A stretch of 64,000 nucleotides of DNA from Candidatus Nanosyncoccus sp. Lineage in GTDB: Bacteria > Patescibacteriota > Saccharimonadia > Saccharimonadales > Saccharimonadaceae. Shown here piece by piece: positions 19,366 to 28,473 of this stretch. Each line of letters opens with the position of its first letter. Position 1 is the first letter of the stretch. The stretch covers positions 1,984-65,983 of the forward strand of contig JAZRDA010000014.1 of assembly GCA_045660085.1 (NCBI GenBank), read 5' to 3'. The notes beneath the pieces were generated by a model. That model worked only from the letters and a program-made list of their open reading frames with translations, had not been told where the DNA came from and did not search any database. Made by a program: the position numbers and the translations under genes.

Positions 19366-19506
19366 GGTTCCATCATATAATTCAATAATATCGAGGGACA
19401 TAAAGGCAAAATCTTTGATTTTGCCGCCGTAGGGGCGTAGCGATGTGGTAAAATTTATTACCACATCGCGAAGCTCCCGAGATATATTGAATTATGTGAT
19501 GGAGCT
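19366..19506. repeat. structured palindromic element, copy B (intergenic)
   Basis: Closing stem of about 25 bp (19366-19392 / 19481-19506). GA opposite GA (19393-94 / 19479-80). Hairpins ggcaaaatc-ttt-gattttgcc and gcgatgtggtaa...ttaccacatcgc. The core 19399-19480 matches 60835-60916 at 76 of 82 positions. Abuts the stop codon at 19507. Confidence 0.8.
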
Positions 19507-20769
19507 CTAAGAATGCCTACATTCTTGTTTATCTTTTACGACTTTATTATAAATGTTAATAAATGAGTCTAGCGTTTTTTCGAAATCGTGTCCTTGTGCA
19601 ATCTGTAAAGATTCCTCTCCAAATCTCTTCAGCTTTTTGTCATCAGATAATATTTCAATCATCGCATTAGCTATCTCATCTATATTACCCGGCTCACAAA
19701 GAACGCCATTTTGACCATCTTGGCAGACTTCCTTCACGGCACCCTTATTTACAGCAATTAACGGTAGTCCTGTCGCAGCCGCCTCAATTAGCACAATACC
19801 CTGAGTCTCAATCTCAGATGCCGTCACAAAAACATCACCTATCTTATATAGCTCATATAAATCTGGCGGCATTACTCTGCCAAGGAATTTCACAGAGTCA
19901 CCTAAATCATAACCTGAAGCTAATCTTTCCAATCTCGCTTTATCCACCCCGTCCCCCACAATTACCAGCTCTGTTTTCGGCAATTTCGCCTGCGCTTTCT
20001 TGAATGCTTCTATCACGAGACCAACGTTCTTCTCTGGATCAACCCTGCCAACATACAGTAAAATCTTCTTGTCCTTAGGGATTCCATACTTCTCATAGAT
20101 AACACCGTCGGCTTTACCCGGCCTGAAATGACTTAAATCGACTCCGTTTGAAACCGCTGCCACTGGGATATCGATAGGGTGTTTCGACAGTAAGTGCATA
20201 ATTGCCTCCTCGGTCGGCATTGTGACAAAGTCGCTTTTGCTCTGCCTATCGCGAAAATAAGAAGAAAGCAACATATCTACAGGCTTCTTAATGGCATATG
20301 GTAGCTTCATGGAGCCAGTCAAAACCTCAGGCTGATTATGTTCAGTAGTTACCACTGGAATATTATGCTTTCTAGCATAAAAAACTACCGAAAGCCCAAT
20401 CGGGTCCGACACCTGAACATGAACTACGTCGGGCTTAAAATCCTCTAGAGCCTTTCTGATTTCGGGATAAGGGAAAACCGAAACCCTAAACCCATGCTTG
20501 TATAATAGCCTTGGGGCTTTTATTCTCCAAAGGCTCTTCCTTGCTGGCAAAGGATGAATTTGGTCATGATATATCTTTGCTTGTACAGATCTGAGGTATA
20601 CAGTCCTCACCCCATCAATAGTTTCTTCGTAGTTTTTACCAGTCTGCGATGGACAAATCACCATCACATCATGGCCTCTCTTAGAAAGACCTACGGCCAA
20701 GTTATGCGAAAAAACCGCCACCCCATTCACTTGGGGATAATACACGGCTGTCGCAATTACGATTTTCAT
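19507..20769 (-). CDS. GT4-family (GT-B fold) glycosyltransferase
   Basis: N-terminal KIVIATAVYYPQVNGVAVFSHNLA and C-terminal EX7E region SEIETQGIVLIEAAATGLPLIA, typical of GT4 enzymes. Confidence 0.8.
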   Translation of the reverse strand: MKIVIATAVYYPQVNGVAVFSHNLAVGLSKRGHDVMVICPSQTGKNYEETIDGVRTVYLRSVQAKIYHDQIHPLPARKSLWRIKAPRLLYKHGFRVSVFPYPEIRKALEDFKPDVVHVQVSDPIGLSVVFYARKHNIPVVTTEHNQPEVLTGSMKLPYAIKKPVDMLLSSYFRDRQSKSDFVTMPTEEAIMHLLSKHPIDIPVAAVSNGVDLSHFRPGKADGVIYEKYGIPKDKKILLYVGRVDPEKNVGLVIEAFKKAQAKLPKTELVIVGDGVDKARLERLASGYDLGDSVKFLGRVMPPDLYELYKIGDVFVTASEIETQGIVLIEAAATGLPLIAVNKGAVKEVCQDGQNGVLCEPGNIDEIANAMIEILSDDKKLKRFGEESLQIAQGHDFEKTLDSFINIYNKVVKDKQECRHS

Positions 20770-20818
20770 TTCATCTTACTCCGCTTAATAGCTACTATAT
20801 ATTATAGTACAATGCGGA

Positions 20819-22015
20819 TTAAAGTTCTTTGGCCTTTTCAAGTTGCGGATCACGCATCGCATTAATATCTTCATAGGAACGCCCCACTTCATAATCTGGT
20901 TTGATGCCTTCAAGATTAATTGATCTGTCCTTCGGTGTCAACCATTCCGCTGTCGTAATTTTAATTACGGATCCTTGTGACAAATCAAATAATTGTTGTA
21001 CGACTCCTTTTCCATAGGTAGTCTCGCCCACTACAGTAGCCTTACCATAATCTTGCAAAGCTCCAGCCACAATCTCAGAAGCAGAAGCGGTCGAACCATT
21101 AACCAGTACAATGGTCTTCATATCTTTCAGTATTGCTTTACCATTACTGGCATAGGACTCGGTATCACCATAATGCTTCGACTTAGTCTTAAGAACAACG
21201 TTCCCATCCAGCCACAGGCTCAGCAAATCCTGTGCCGCTGAAACATAACCACCACCATTCCCACGCAAGTCGAGAATCACCTTTTTAATGCCTTTATCAG
21301 TAAATTCTTTTGCAAACTGCTGCACCATCAGACCAGTATCATTATCAAACCTTGTCACCGTGACAATGGCCGTCGAACCATCATAATCCACATAAGCAGA
21401 GACATTATTAATCGCCTCTCTTTTCATAGTAAACGATTTTTCTTTGCCATCACGCACCACGGTTACAGTTACCTCCGTACCGGTCTCACCTCGCACCCTC
21501 TTAGATATCTCTTCCGTCGAAAGATTATACACTTCCTCGCCATCAACTTTATAAATAATATCACCTGCCAATATCCCAACCTTGCGCGCCGGATTATCAG
21601 GCAAAGTCCTTAGAACTCTAACATAACCATCGCGCAGCCCCATCTCGACCCCAATTCCACTTCCTACATTACCATGCAAATCATCGTAAAACTCCTCTGC
21701 CTCATCAGCACCCATATAGACTGTGTAAGTATCCCCTAACGCCGATACCAAACCCTTCTTAGCCCCCTCAATCACATCGTTCTCGTTTATCTCGCCATTA
21801 TATGAATCAGCCAACTTGTCATACACCTCATCAAGCGATGACCAATTAACACTGGAATTCTGGCGCTTAGATAACCCCAGATATGGAGCAAAACCGCCAA
21901 AAATATTATCCCAGTTAAATCCTACAATTAAACCGACCACTAACATTACGGCCGATATTATTATGGCATTACCAAGGCTAGTTTTTTTCTCATTCCATTC
22001 AACTTTTTCACTCAT
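20819..22015 (-). CDS. ctpA: S41 carboxy-terminal processing protease with PDZ domain
   Basis: PDZ (GILAGDIIYKVDGEEV). S41 blocks LDLRGNGGGYV and NGSTASASEIVAGALQDYGKATVVGETTYGKG. Start set at MSEKVEW (22015). Confidence 0.85.
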   Translation of the reverse strand: MSEKVEWNEKKTSLGNAIIISAVMLVVGLIVGFNWDNIFGGFAPYLGLSKRQNSSVNWSSLDEVYDKLADSYNGEINENDVIEGAKKGLVSALGDTYTVYMGADEAEEFYDDLHGNVGSGIGVEMGLRDGYVRVLRTLPDNPARKVGILAGDIIYKVDGEEVYNLSTEEISKRVRGETGTEVTVTVVRDGKEKSFTMKREAINNVSAYVDYDGSTAIVTVTRFDNDTGLMVQQFAKEFTDKGIKKVILDLRGNGGGYVSAAQDLLSLWLDGNVVLKTKSKHYGDTESYASNGKAILKDMKTIVLVNGSTASASEIVAGALQDYGKATVVGETTYGKGVVQQLFDLSQGSVIKITTAEWLTPKDRSINLEGIKPDYEVGRSYEDINAMRDPQLEKAKEL

Positions 22016-22022
22016 GTTTATC

Positions 22023-22028
22023 ATTATA
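22023..22028 (-). promoter_or_regulatory. -10 box (TATAAT) 7 nt upstream of the ctp ATG; leaderless-type
   Basis: Minus strand reads tcgTATAATgataaacATGagt. Confidence 0.45.
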
Positions 22029-22044
22029 CGACACACCTTTAAAA

Positions 22045-23211
22045 TTACAAGTGAATATAATTATACTGCCAAACCTCATTCGCCGGTATTGTTCTCGCAC
22101 CAAAATCACCATAATGCATGCTACCAGAATAAAGATAAGTAGCATAGGCATTATTATACTCAGTCACGTTAATCGAACCGTCCCCATTCACGCTTTCCAC
22201 CCAGAAAACATGCCCATATGGGTAGCCATCAACTTGACCAATCGTGTTCGGCTCAGGATTTTTGTCAACCACATACCCAGCCGCCCTTGCTCCATCATCC
22301 CACGAATAAGCATTCCCCCATCCGATCGAAATGCCGACATATTCATAAGCCTTCCATCCAGCATAGCTCACACATTCACATACATATCCACCTATCTTAT
22401 GCCAACCATAAACATCTTCCCAATAAGTTAGATAGTCATCCTGCCTTCCCGGACAATCCTCCTGCCACGGATAAGTATTCGCTCCTGAATACGCTGAACC
22501 TCGATAAAGTTCCGGATGCGCTTCCTGTTCTGCCTTTTCGGCCTCACGCTGAGCTAGCTGCGCTGCCTTCGCCTCCTCAGCATAGGCTTCAGCATCATTT
22601 TCATATTTTGCCACCAATCGTTCCTGCTCAGTTCTTTTACTAAGTAAAGTCTCACGCGCTATCTTTTGCTGTTCTAATAAGGCCTCCACTTCCTCCTTGT
22701 CCTGCTCAAGCTTCTCCTTGGCTTGCTTCACAGCTGCTGCCGTGATACTGATTTGCTCTTTCACGACTTCATTTCTCGCCGCCTTTTCAGCTAAGTCGGA
22801 AATTGAACTGGCTCCAGCCAAGACCCGAATCGGTTCCGAATCAGACTCGAAATGCATATTAATTAACAGCTCAGCCAAAGCCTCCTGTTCCTCTAGTAAT
22901 TTTGCTTCCTTGATTTCAATCTGTTTAATCAGTTCCTTAATATCAACCTCAGTTTGTACAATTTCCGCTTCCTTGCTCGCAATCTCCGCCGTTAATTCAT
23001 TCACGCGCGCCTGATATGCATTTGCAGAACTTGCAGCTGCTGCTGCATTTTTTGTGGCTTCCTTTTCCTTCTCTACAGCCTCACGACAAGCTGCCGAGTT
23101 CTGACAAGCCTTTGAAATCGCACCAACGCCAACCGGACTTTGGATAAATCCCAATACCAACACCAAAATTAACCATATACTTTTTATTATTTTATTCTTC
23201 AATATTACCAT
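22045..23211 (-). CDS. secreted coiled-coil + CHAP-domain peptidoglycan hydrolase (PcsB-like)
   Basis: Signal peptide, about 220 aa of heptad-rich Ala/Glu/Lys coiled coil, then a C-terminal CHAP domain (Cys in CECVSYAGWK, His in GHVFWVESV). Immediately downstream of ftsEX. Confidence 0.8.
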   Translation of the reverse strand: MVILKNKIIKSIWLILVLVLGFIQSPVGVGAISKACQNSAACREAVEKEKEATKNAAAAASSANAYQARVNELTAEIASKEAEIVQTEVDIKELIKQIEIKEAKLLEEQEALAELLINMHFESDSEPIRVLAGASSISDLAEKAARNEVVKEQISITAAAVKQAKEKLEQDKEEVEALLEQQKIARETLLSKRTEQERLVAKYENDAEAYAEEAKAAQLAQREAEKAEQEAHPELYRGSAYSGANTYPWQEDCPGRQDDYLTYWEDVYGWHKIGGYVCECVSYAGWKAYEYVGISIGWGNAYSWDDGARAAGYVVDKNPEPNTIGQVDGYPYGHVFWVESVNGDGSINVTEYNNAYATYLYSGSMHYGDFGARTIPANEVWQYNYIHL

Positions 23212-23230
23212 AACTTCATTGTATCATACC

Positions 23231-24271
23231 TTAAGCCTTATTCAAGTACTTTGAAACAGCCAATCTGGCAGATACTCTACCTATCACGATACCAAGCCCT
23301 ATGAATACCAAGTAAACAATTATCAACTTATTCGACTCTAACACTTCCACAATCGAAGTAACATCAATTCCGTAGCTCGCAAGCCTCGGCGCCAAAAATT
23401 CAAAACTAAAATACGACACGGTCGCCGCAATCAGGCCCGCAATTATCCCACAAATCTCTGCTTCAATTAAAAACGGTCCACGGATGAAGCTCTTTTCGGC
23501 ACCCACTAATTTCATCATATAGATCTCCTCACGTCGTGAGAAAATTGCCATTCTAATTGTCGAGAATATAATCAAGATCGATATAACCAAGAACACCGCA
23601 GCTAAAATAATACCGCCGGTCCTTGCTATTCTCGCCCACGATGTAATCGTAGCAATTTCCGCTTGGTTTACATCGTAAGTTGGAGCCTTCTCTTTATCAA
23701 CATATTCTTTGAATCCTTCATCCTCCTCCACGATCGCCTTTATGCTGGATAAATCATCCACATCGTAGACTTTAATCCGCATCGTCCCCTGCATTTTTGC
23801 AATCATCAAAGATTTCATTTCGTCATCAAGGACATTTATTATTTCGTCACTATCTTCATTCTCTTTCAAAAATTTCTCGTACTCCTCTTCCGAATTAGAT
23901 ACTTCTACTGTCTTAACATTTGGGTCTTTTTTAATCTCGGACTCTAGTTCGGATAATACTTGTTCACTTAGTCCTGGCTTCAAGTAAATCGTAATATCAA
24001 TCTTATCTTTCATCATTTCGGCCGTGCTTGTTAATATTACACTTGCGACCACCGTCACGAACAGAATAATCAATGTTATCGCCATCACTACAGTAGCTGC
24101 CGTCGATAACCAAATATTGCGCCCAAAACCCTTCGCACCATATTTAATTATCCTAGCTTCATTCCGCACTGGATGATGTTGCTTCGTACGCTGCATAGCA
24201 CGAAGACTCTTTTTTGTCACCCGCTTCAGTTTTTTATCCCTTACAGGCCTAGCCTCTTCCTTTTCAGCCAT
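23231..24271 (-). CDS. ftsX: cell-division ABC transporter permease-like protein FtsX
   Basis: Four-transmembrane FtsX layout with a large extracellular loop and the motif MKLVGAEKSFIRGPFLIE. Start is adjacent to the ftsE stop, which suggests translational coupling. Confidence 0.88.
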   Translation of the reverse strand: MAEKEEARPVRDKKLKRVTKKSLRAMQRTKQHHPVRNEARIIKYGAKGFGRNIWLSTAATVVMAITLIILFVTVVASVILTSTAEMMKDKIDITIYLKPGLSEQVLSELESEIKKDPNVKTVEVSNSEEEYEKFLKENEDSDEIINVLDDEMKSLMIAKMQGTMRIKVYDVDDLSSIKAIVEEDEGFKEYVDKEKAPTYDVNQAEIATITSWARIARTGGIILAAVFLVISILIIFSTIRMAIFSRREEIYMMKLVGAEKSFIRGPFLIEAEICGIIAGLIAATVSYFSFEFLAPRLASYGIDVTSIVEVLESNKLIIVYLVFIGLGIVIGRVSARLAVSKYLNKA

Positions 24272-24272
24272 T

Positions 24273-25085
24273 TTACACTACCTTCTTTCGTTGAGTTTTT
24301 ACACGAGTGGTCACCATATCATTCACGATTGGTTGACGTTTCAAAGCATGTCCTGGCGCCTGCATCGGCCTAGCTACTACGTTCGAAACTGGAGACTCAT
24401 CAAGTTTATAAACACCGTTGTTCTTCTGGTCACTCACTATCCTTCCGTCTTTCATCGTCACTACGCGCTTCTGTAAATTATTAACTATACTTTCATTATG
24501 CGTAGTTACTAGAATCGTAGTACCGAAATCGTTAATCTTCTTTAGTAGTTGTATGATTTCCTGAGTAGTGAGTTTGTCCAAGTTCGCCGTCGGCTCATCT
24601 GCAATCAATATCTTAGGCTGCCTCGCCACCGAACGTGCTATAGACACTCTTTGCTGCTGACCACCAGAAAGCTGATTAGGGAACTTCTTTGCCTGATCCA
24701 ATAGGTCCACCAATTCTAGCACCTTTGGTACAGTCCGGCGGATTTCCTTACCGCTCATACCGGCAATTTCAAGAGCAAAAGCCACATTTTCGTATACCGT
24801 ACGTCGCGGCAACAGCTTAAAGTCTTGAAACACGACCCCAAGTCGCCTACGATAACCAGGAATATGGCGCTTCTTCACGTAATCAAGATCAATACCACCG
24901 ATAATAATCTTACCAGAGTCCGGATTCTCTTCCTTCGTAATCATTTTCATCAAAGTAGACTTACCAGCCCCAGACTTTCCCACCAAAAACACAAATTCAT
25001 TTGGCTCAATATGAAGTGAAACCGAATCAAGTGCCGGATTATCATCGCCCGGATACGTCTTAGTAACCGAATCAAGCAATATCAT
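24273..25085 (-). CDS. ftsE: cell-division ATP-binding protein FtsE (with ~45-aa C-terminal extension)
   Basis: Walker A GKSGAGKST, ABC signature LSGGQQQRVSIARS, Walker B ILIADEPT. Confidence 0.9.
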   Translation of the reverse strand: MILLDSVTKTYPGDDNPALDSVSLHIEPNEFVFLVGKSGAGKSTLMKMITKEENPDSGKIIIGGIDLDYVKKRHIPGYRRRLGVVFQDFKLLPRRTVYENVAFALEIAGMSGKEIRRTVPKVLELVDLLDQAKKFPNQLSGGQQQRVSIARSVARQPKILIADEPTANLDKLTTQEIIQLLKKINDFGTTILVTTHNESIVNNLQKRVVTMKDGRIVSDQKNNGVYKLDESPVSNVVARPMQAPGHALKRQPIVNDMVTTRVKTQRKKVV

Positions 25086-25091
25086 GATTCT

Positions 25092-25121
25092 ATATTAGCA
25101 CAAACGGTTTACTTTTGGCAA
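25092..25121 (-). promoter_or_regulatory. candidate promoter of ftsEX (TTGCCA, 18-nt spacer, TAATAT), -10 box 6 nt from the ATG
   Basis: Minus strand reads TTGCCAaaagtaaaccgtttgtgcTAATATagaatcATG. No Shine-Dalgarno sequence. Confidence 0.45.
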
Positions 25122-25123
25122 GT

Positions 25124-27460
25124 TTATTCAATTGGAGTTTCAATATGAAAAGTGATGTTTTTATCCTTCTGACCTTCCGCTTGGTAAATCGCACCAGGAG
25201 TTATCACGCCATTTGGATAATCAGCTTGCACTTTCTTTAAAATGGTTTCATACGCATCTGAAGTCGTAACAGTTAAATCCTGAGAAAGATATTCAGTAAA
25301 GGTAATTGTCTTCTTGCGATTAGCAAATTTTAGAATGCTCTCTAGATCAATCTCGTAACCAGCTAGATAAGGTGCCAACTTGAACTCGTTTCGCACCGAA
25401 TTCTTAAATTCGCCTACCACACCAATACGTTCGCCGTTTACAAAAACTCGCGCCGAACGCTTCGGTTCAAACGGTAGCTCGTCAGCCGTCATAGCGCCAT
25501 CAAGCGGCAAATAATCAGCCTTAATATTGAACTCTTCTAGTAACCTTGCTAGGTATTTCTTCGCTTTATAAAAGGCCGTACCAGAACCTTTTCTCTCAGC
25601 TATTACGAAGCCAAGAGATAGTTTTTCAGTTGGAACCTTTTCATCATTCAAACCCCAAGTTTTCTGATAGACTTCATTTATCTCATAAATCGCAAACCGA
25701 TCGACTGGCAGCTTCTCATTCTTGTAGGCTTTATCAAGTAAGCTCGGCACAATCGATTGCCTCACATACTGAAGTTCTGGCGAAATTGAATTAATTATTC
25801 TATAAGAATTCCTGGTCTCCTGCCCCGCTTTTTCAATTAATCTTCCACTCACGAAACTATAGGTCAAAAGTTCATTCGCCCCCAACCTCAACATTAAAGC
25901 CTGAATTCTTCTCTTAAGCTCAAACATATTATTATACTCGGCTGTAGAATGAAGCGGCAACACCGGCTCAATATTGTCGTACCCAAGCAGCCTCCCCACT
26001 TCCTCAATTACATCTTCTTTAATATGAATATCCGTCCGCCATTCCGGCACAATAACACTAAATACATCTCGCGACTTTCTAACATCAAACCCCACATTCC
26101 TTAGCGTAGAAATAACTAAATCCTTATCATAATGTGTACCAAGCAGACCATTAATCTCATCTAATTCTATCTTTACCACAATCGTCTGCTCAGGCTTAGG
26201 ATAATTATCCACTACATTAACAGCCTGGAAACCTTCCGACAACATATTGGCACACAGCTCCGCCACCGTCTTAGTTTGAAAAGCGGGTTGGCCCTTCGTG
26301 AATCTCGTAATCGCTTCCGAAAAAATCCCGTGCACCATCTGGGTTTTGCGTAAATTATATAAGCTAAATGTCGCCCCTTCGATAATTATATTGTGCGTAT
26401 TCTCATCAATCATTGTAGATTTACCACCCATTGCTCCAGCTAAAGCAACTGGCGTGTCACCACTACAAACCACAATATCAGTCTCGCATAGCTCAATTTC
26501 TTCATCATCAAGCAATATCAACTTTTCACCTTTACGCGCCAAGCGCACATCAATTCTCACCTTATCACTATCTGATACCGCCACAAATTTGTCATAATCA
26601 AACGCATGTAAAGGCTGTCCAGTTAGGAGCATCAAATAATTAGTAGCATCCACAATCGGACTAATCGGCTTCATGCCAGATTTCGACAGAATCGTATCAT
26701 TCCAAGTCAAGTATTTCTTCTTTAACTCACCGTGTTTTTCCATCACCACAGCGGAGTATCTCTGACAAATATTTGAATCTTCTATATTAATAGTGATATC
26801 ACCAACAGCTGAGCTGGCTTTCTTTAAGTGGATCATGTGATTCAAACTACTCAATAATTCTGGCCTAGTAAACTCTTGTCCCAAAATTCCTGCAACTTCC
26901 CTAGCAAATCCAATCATGCCAAAACAATCCGGCCGATGAGTCAGTGATTTGTTCTCAATTTCAAGTACCAGATCATTTAACCCAAAAATATCTGCCAGTA
27001 AATCACCCGGTTTCGCAGTCCCCGGCTCAATCTCCACAATACCACTATGATCGTCACCAAAATCCAGCTCATCTGCTCCCGCCAACATTCCACACGACTC
27101 ATATCCCTGCATTTTACGCTTACCGATCTTAAATGGAGCATCTTCTTTTGCCGAGGCCGGCACAATTGCGCCCGGCGCAATCCAAACCGCTAACATTCCC
27201 TCACGAACATTTGGTGCTCCACAGACAACCTGTACTAGCTCCTTCTGACCAACATTTATTTGACATACAGTCAAATGTGTATCTGGTATTTTTTCACAAG
27301 ATTCCACTCCCACTATATATATATTGTCATATTTGTGAGTTTCATCTATCACGCCTTCTACCTCGACCAACCTAGCGCCGATTAGTCTAATCAACTCATC
27401 GCTAGAAACCTCTTCCGGAATCCTTACAAGCTTTTTTAACCAATTTAAAGATATTTTCAT
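25124..27460 (-). CDS. pheT: phenylalanine--tRNA ligase beta subunit
   Basis: 778 aa. MKISLNWLKKLV N-terminus, tRNA-binding domain, B3/4 and B5 domains (ALAGAMGG). Directly follows pheS. Confidence 0.93.
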   Translation of the reverse strand: MKISLNWLKKLVRIPEEVSSDELIRLIGARLVEVEGVIDETHKYDNIYIVGVESCEKIPDTHLTVCQINVGQKELVQVVCGAPNVREGMLAVWIAPGAIVPASAKEDAPFKIGKRKMQGYESCGMLAGADELDFGDDHSGIVEIEPGTAKPGDLLADIFGLNDLVLEIENKSLTHRPDCFGMIGFAREVAGILGQEFTRPELLSSLNHMIHLKKASSAVGDITINIEDSNICQRYSAVVMEKHGELKKKYLTWNDTILSKSGMKPISPIVDATNYLMLLTGQPLHAFDYDKFVAVSDSDKVRIDVRLARKGEKLILLDDEEIELCETDIVVCSGDTPVALAGAMGGKSTMIDENTHNIIIEGATFSLYNLRKTQMVHGIFSEAITRFTKGQPAFQTKTVAELCANMLSEGFQAVNVVDNYPKPEQTIVVKIELDEINGLLGTHYDKDLVISTLRNVGFDVRKSRDVFSVIVPEWRTDIHIKEDVIEEVGRLLGYDNIEPVLPLHSTAEYNNMFELKRRIQALMLRLGANELLTYSFVSGRLIEKAGQETRNSYRIINSISPELQYVRQSIVPSLLDKAYKNEKLPVDRFAIYEINEVYQKTWGLNDEKVPTEKLSLGFVIAERKGSGTAFYKAKKYLARLLEEFNIKADYLPLDGAMTADELPFEPKRSARVFVNGERIGVVGEFKNSVRNEFKLAPYLAGYEIDLESILKFANRKKTITFTEYLSQDLTVTTSDAYETILKKVQADYPNGVITPGAIYQAEGQKDKNITFHIETPIE

Positions 27461-28417
27461 TTAAAACTCCCTCAAAAACTTAAGATTACCACTCTCGAAA
27501 TGACGTATATCATCAAGTCCATATCTTAACATCACTAATCTATCAATTCCACCACCCCAGGCAAAACCATGATACTCCTCCGGATCAATCCCAGCCATCT
27601 TTAAAACATTCGGGTGAATCATCCCACAACCAAGCATCTCCAGATAATCGCCCTTCTTACCACCAAGAGATTTTGGCTTCTCAATCAAAAACTCCAAAGA
27701 CGGCTCCGTAAATGGAAAATACCCAGGCTGTGTCCTAATCTCTAGTTTTTGTTCGTAATATTTCTCAAAGAACTCCCTTAAAATACCTAACATATTACCT
27801 AGAGAGCACGTCTTAGAAACATACACTCCTTCACACTGATAGAAGGTGTGCTCATGCGATGCATCGACATCTTCGTTGCGATATACTCTCCCTGGCACTA
27901 CCACTGCAATCGTCTGACCTTTCTTCAATTTATCACGATATGCTTTTAGGACACGATGCTGCATAGTAGAAGTATGCGCCGGTGGAATAAAACCCTCTTC
28001 CGTCCGGAAAGTATCATAACCATCTCTCGCCGGATGCTCCTTAGCAAAATTCAAAGAATCGAACATGTGATATTCATCATCTAGCTGCCTTGCTTCCACC
28101 ACATCAAATCCCATTCTTTGATAAATGTCAACCACACGATTAAATTCAGACATTAAAGGATGCAGAGAACCCATATCAGTTGGGTAAAACTCCGGCAAAG
28201 GCTCATTGACTCCGGACCAAGCTGTAACATCAAGCGGCTCCACTGCAGAATCCAGCAAAGCTTTCTCTGCTTCCGAAATCTTAGCTAAGATTTCTTGTCT
28301 CTTAGCATTAATTTTCTTACCAAAATCCGCCCTTTGTTCCACCGGCAAATCGCGAATCTTCGCCGCCTCACCATTTATCTTCTTTAATTCTTGTTTCAGA
28401 TTATCAATATCTTCCAT
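27461..28417 (-). CDS. pheS: phenylalanine--tRNA ligase alpha subunit
   Basis: Class II motifs, including YFPFTEPSLEF and GFAWGGGIDRLVMLRYG. Confidence 0.95.
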   Translation of the reverse strand: MEDIDNLKQELKKINGEAAKIRDLPVEQRADFGKKINAKRQEILAKISEAEKALLDSAVEPLDVTAWSGVNEPLPEFYPTDMGSLHPLMSEFNRVVDIYQRMGFDVVEARQLDDEYHMFDSLNFAKEHPARDGYDTFRTEEGFIPPAHTSTMQHRVLKAYRDKLKKGQTIAVVVPGRVYRNEDVDASHEHTFYQCEGVYVSKTCSLGNMLGILREFFEKYYEQKLEIRTQPGYFPFTEPSLEFLIEKPKSLGGKKGDYLEMLGCGMIHPNVLKMAGIDPEEYHGFAWGGGIDRLVMLRYGLDDIRHFESGNLKFLREF

Positions 28418-28473
28418 ACTCTACCTATTATACCCCTAAATCGAAAAAAAATCACTACTAAATAAATGGCATT

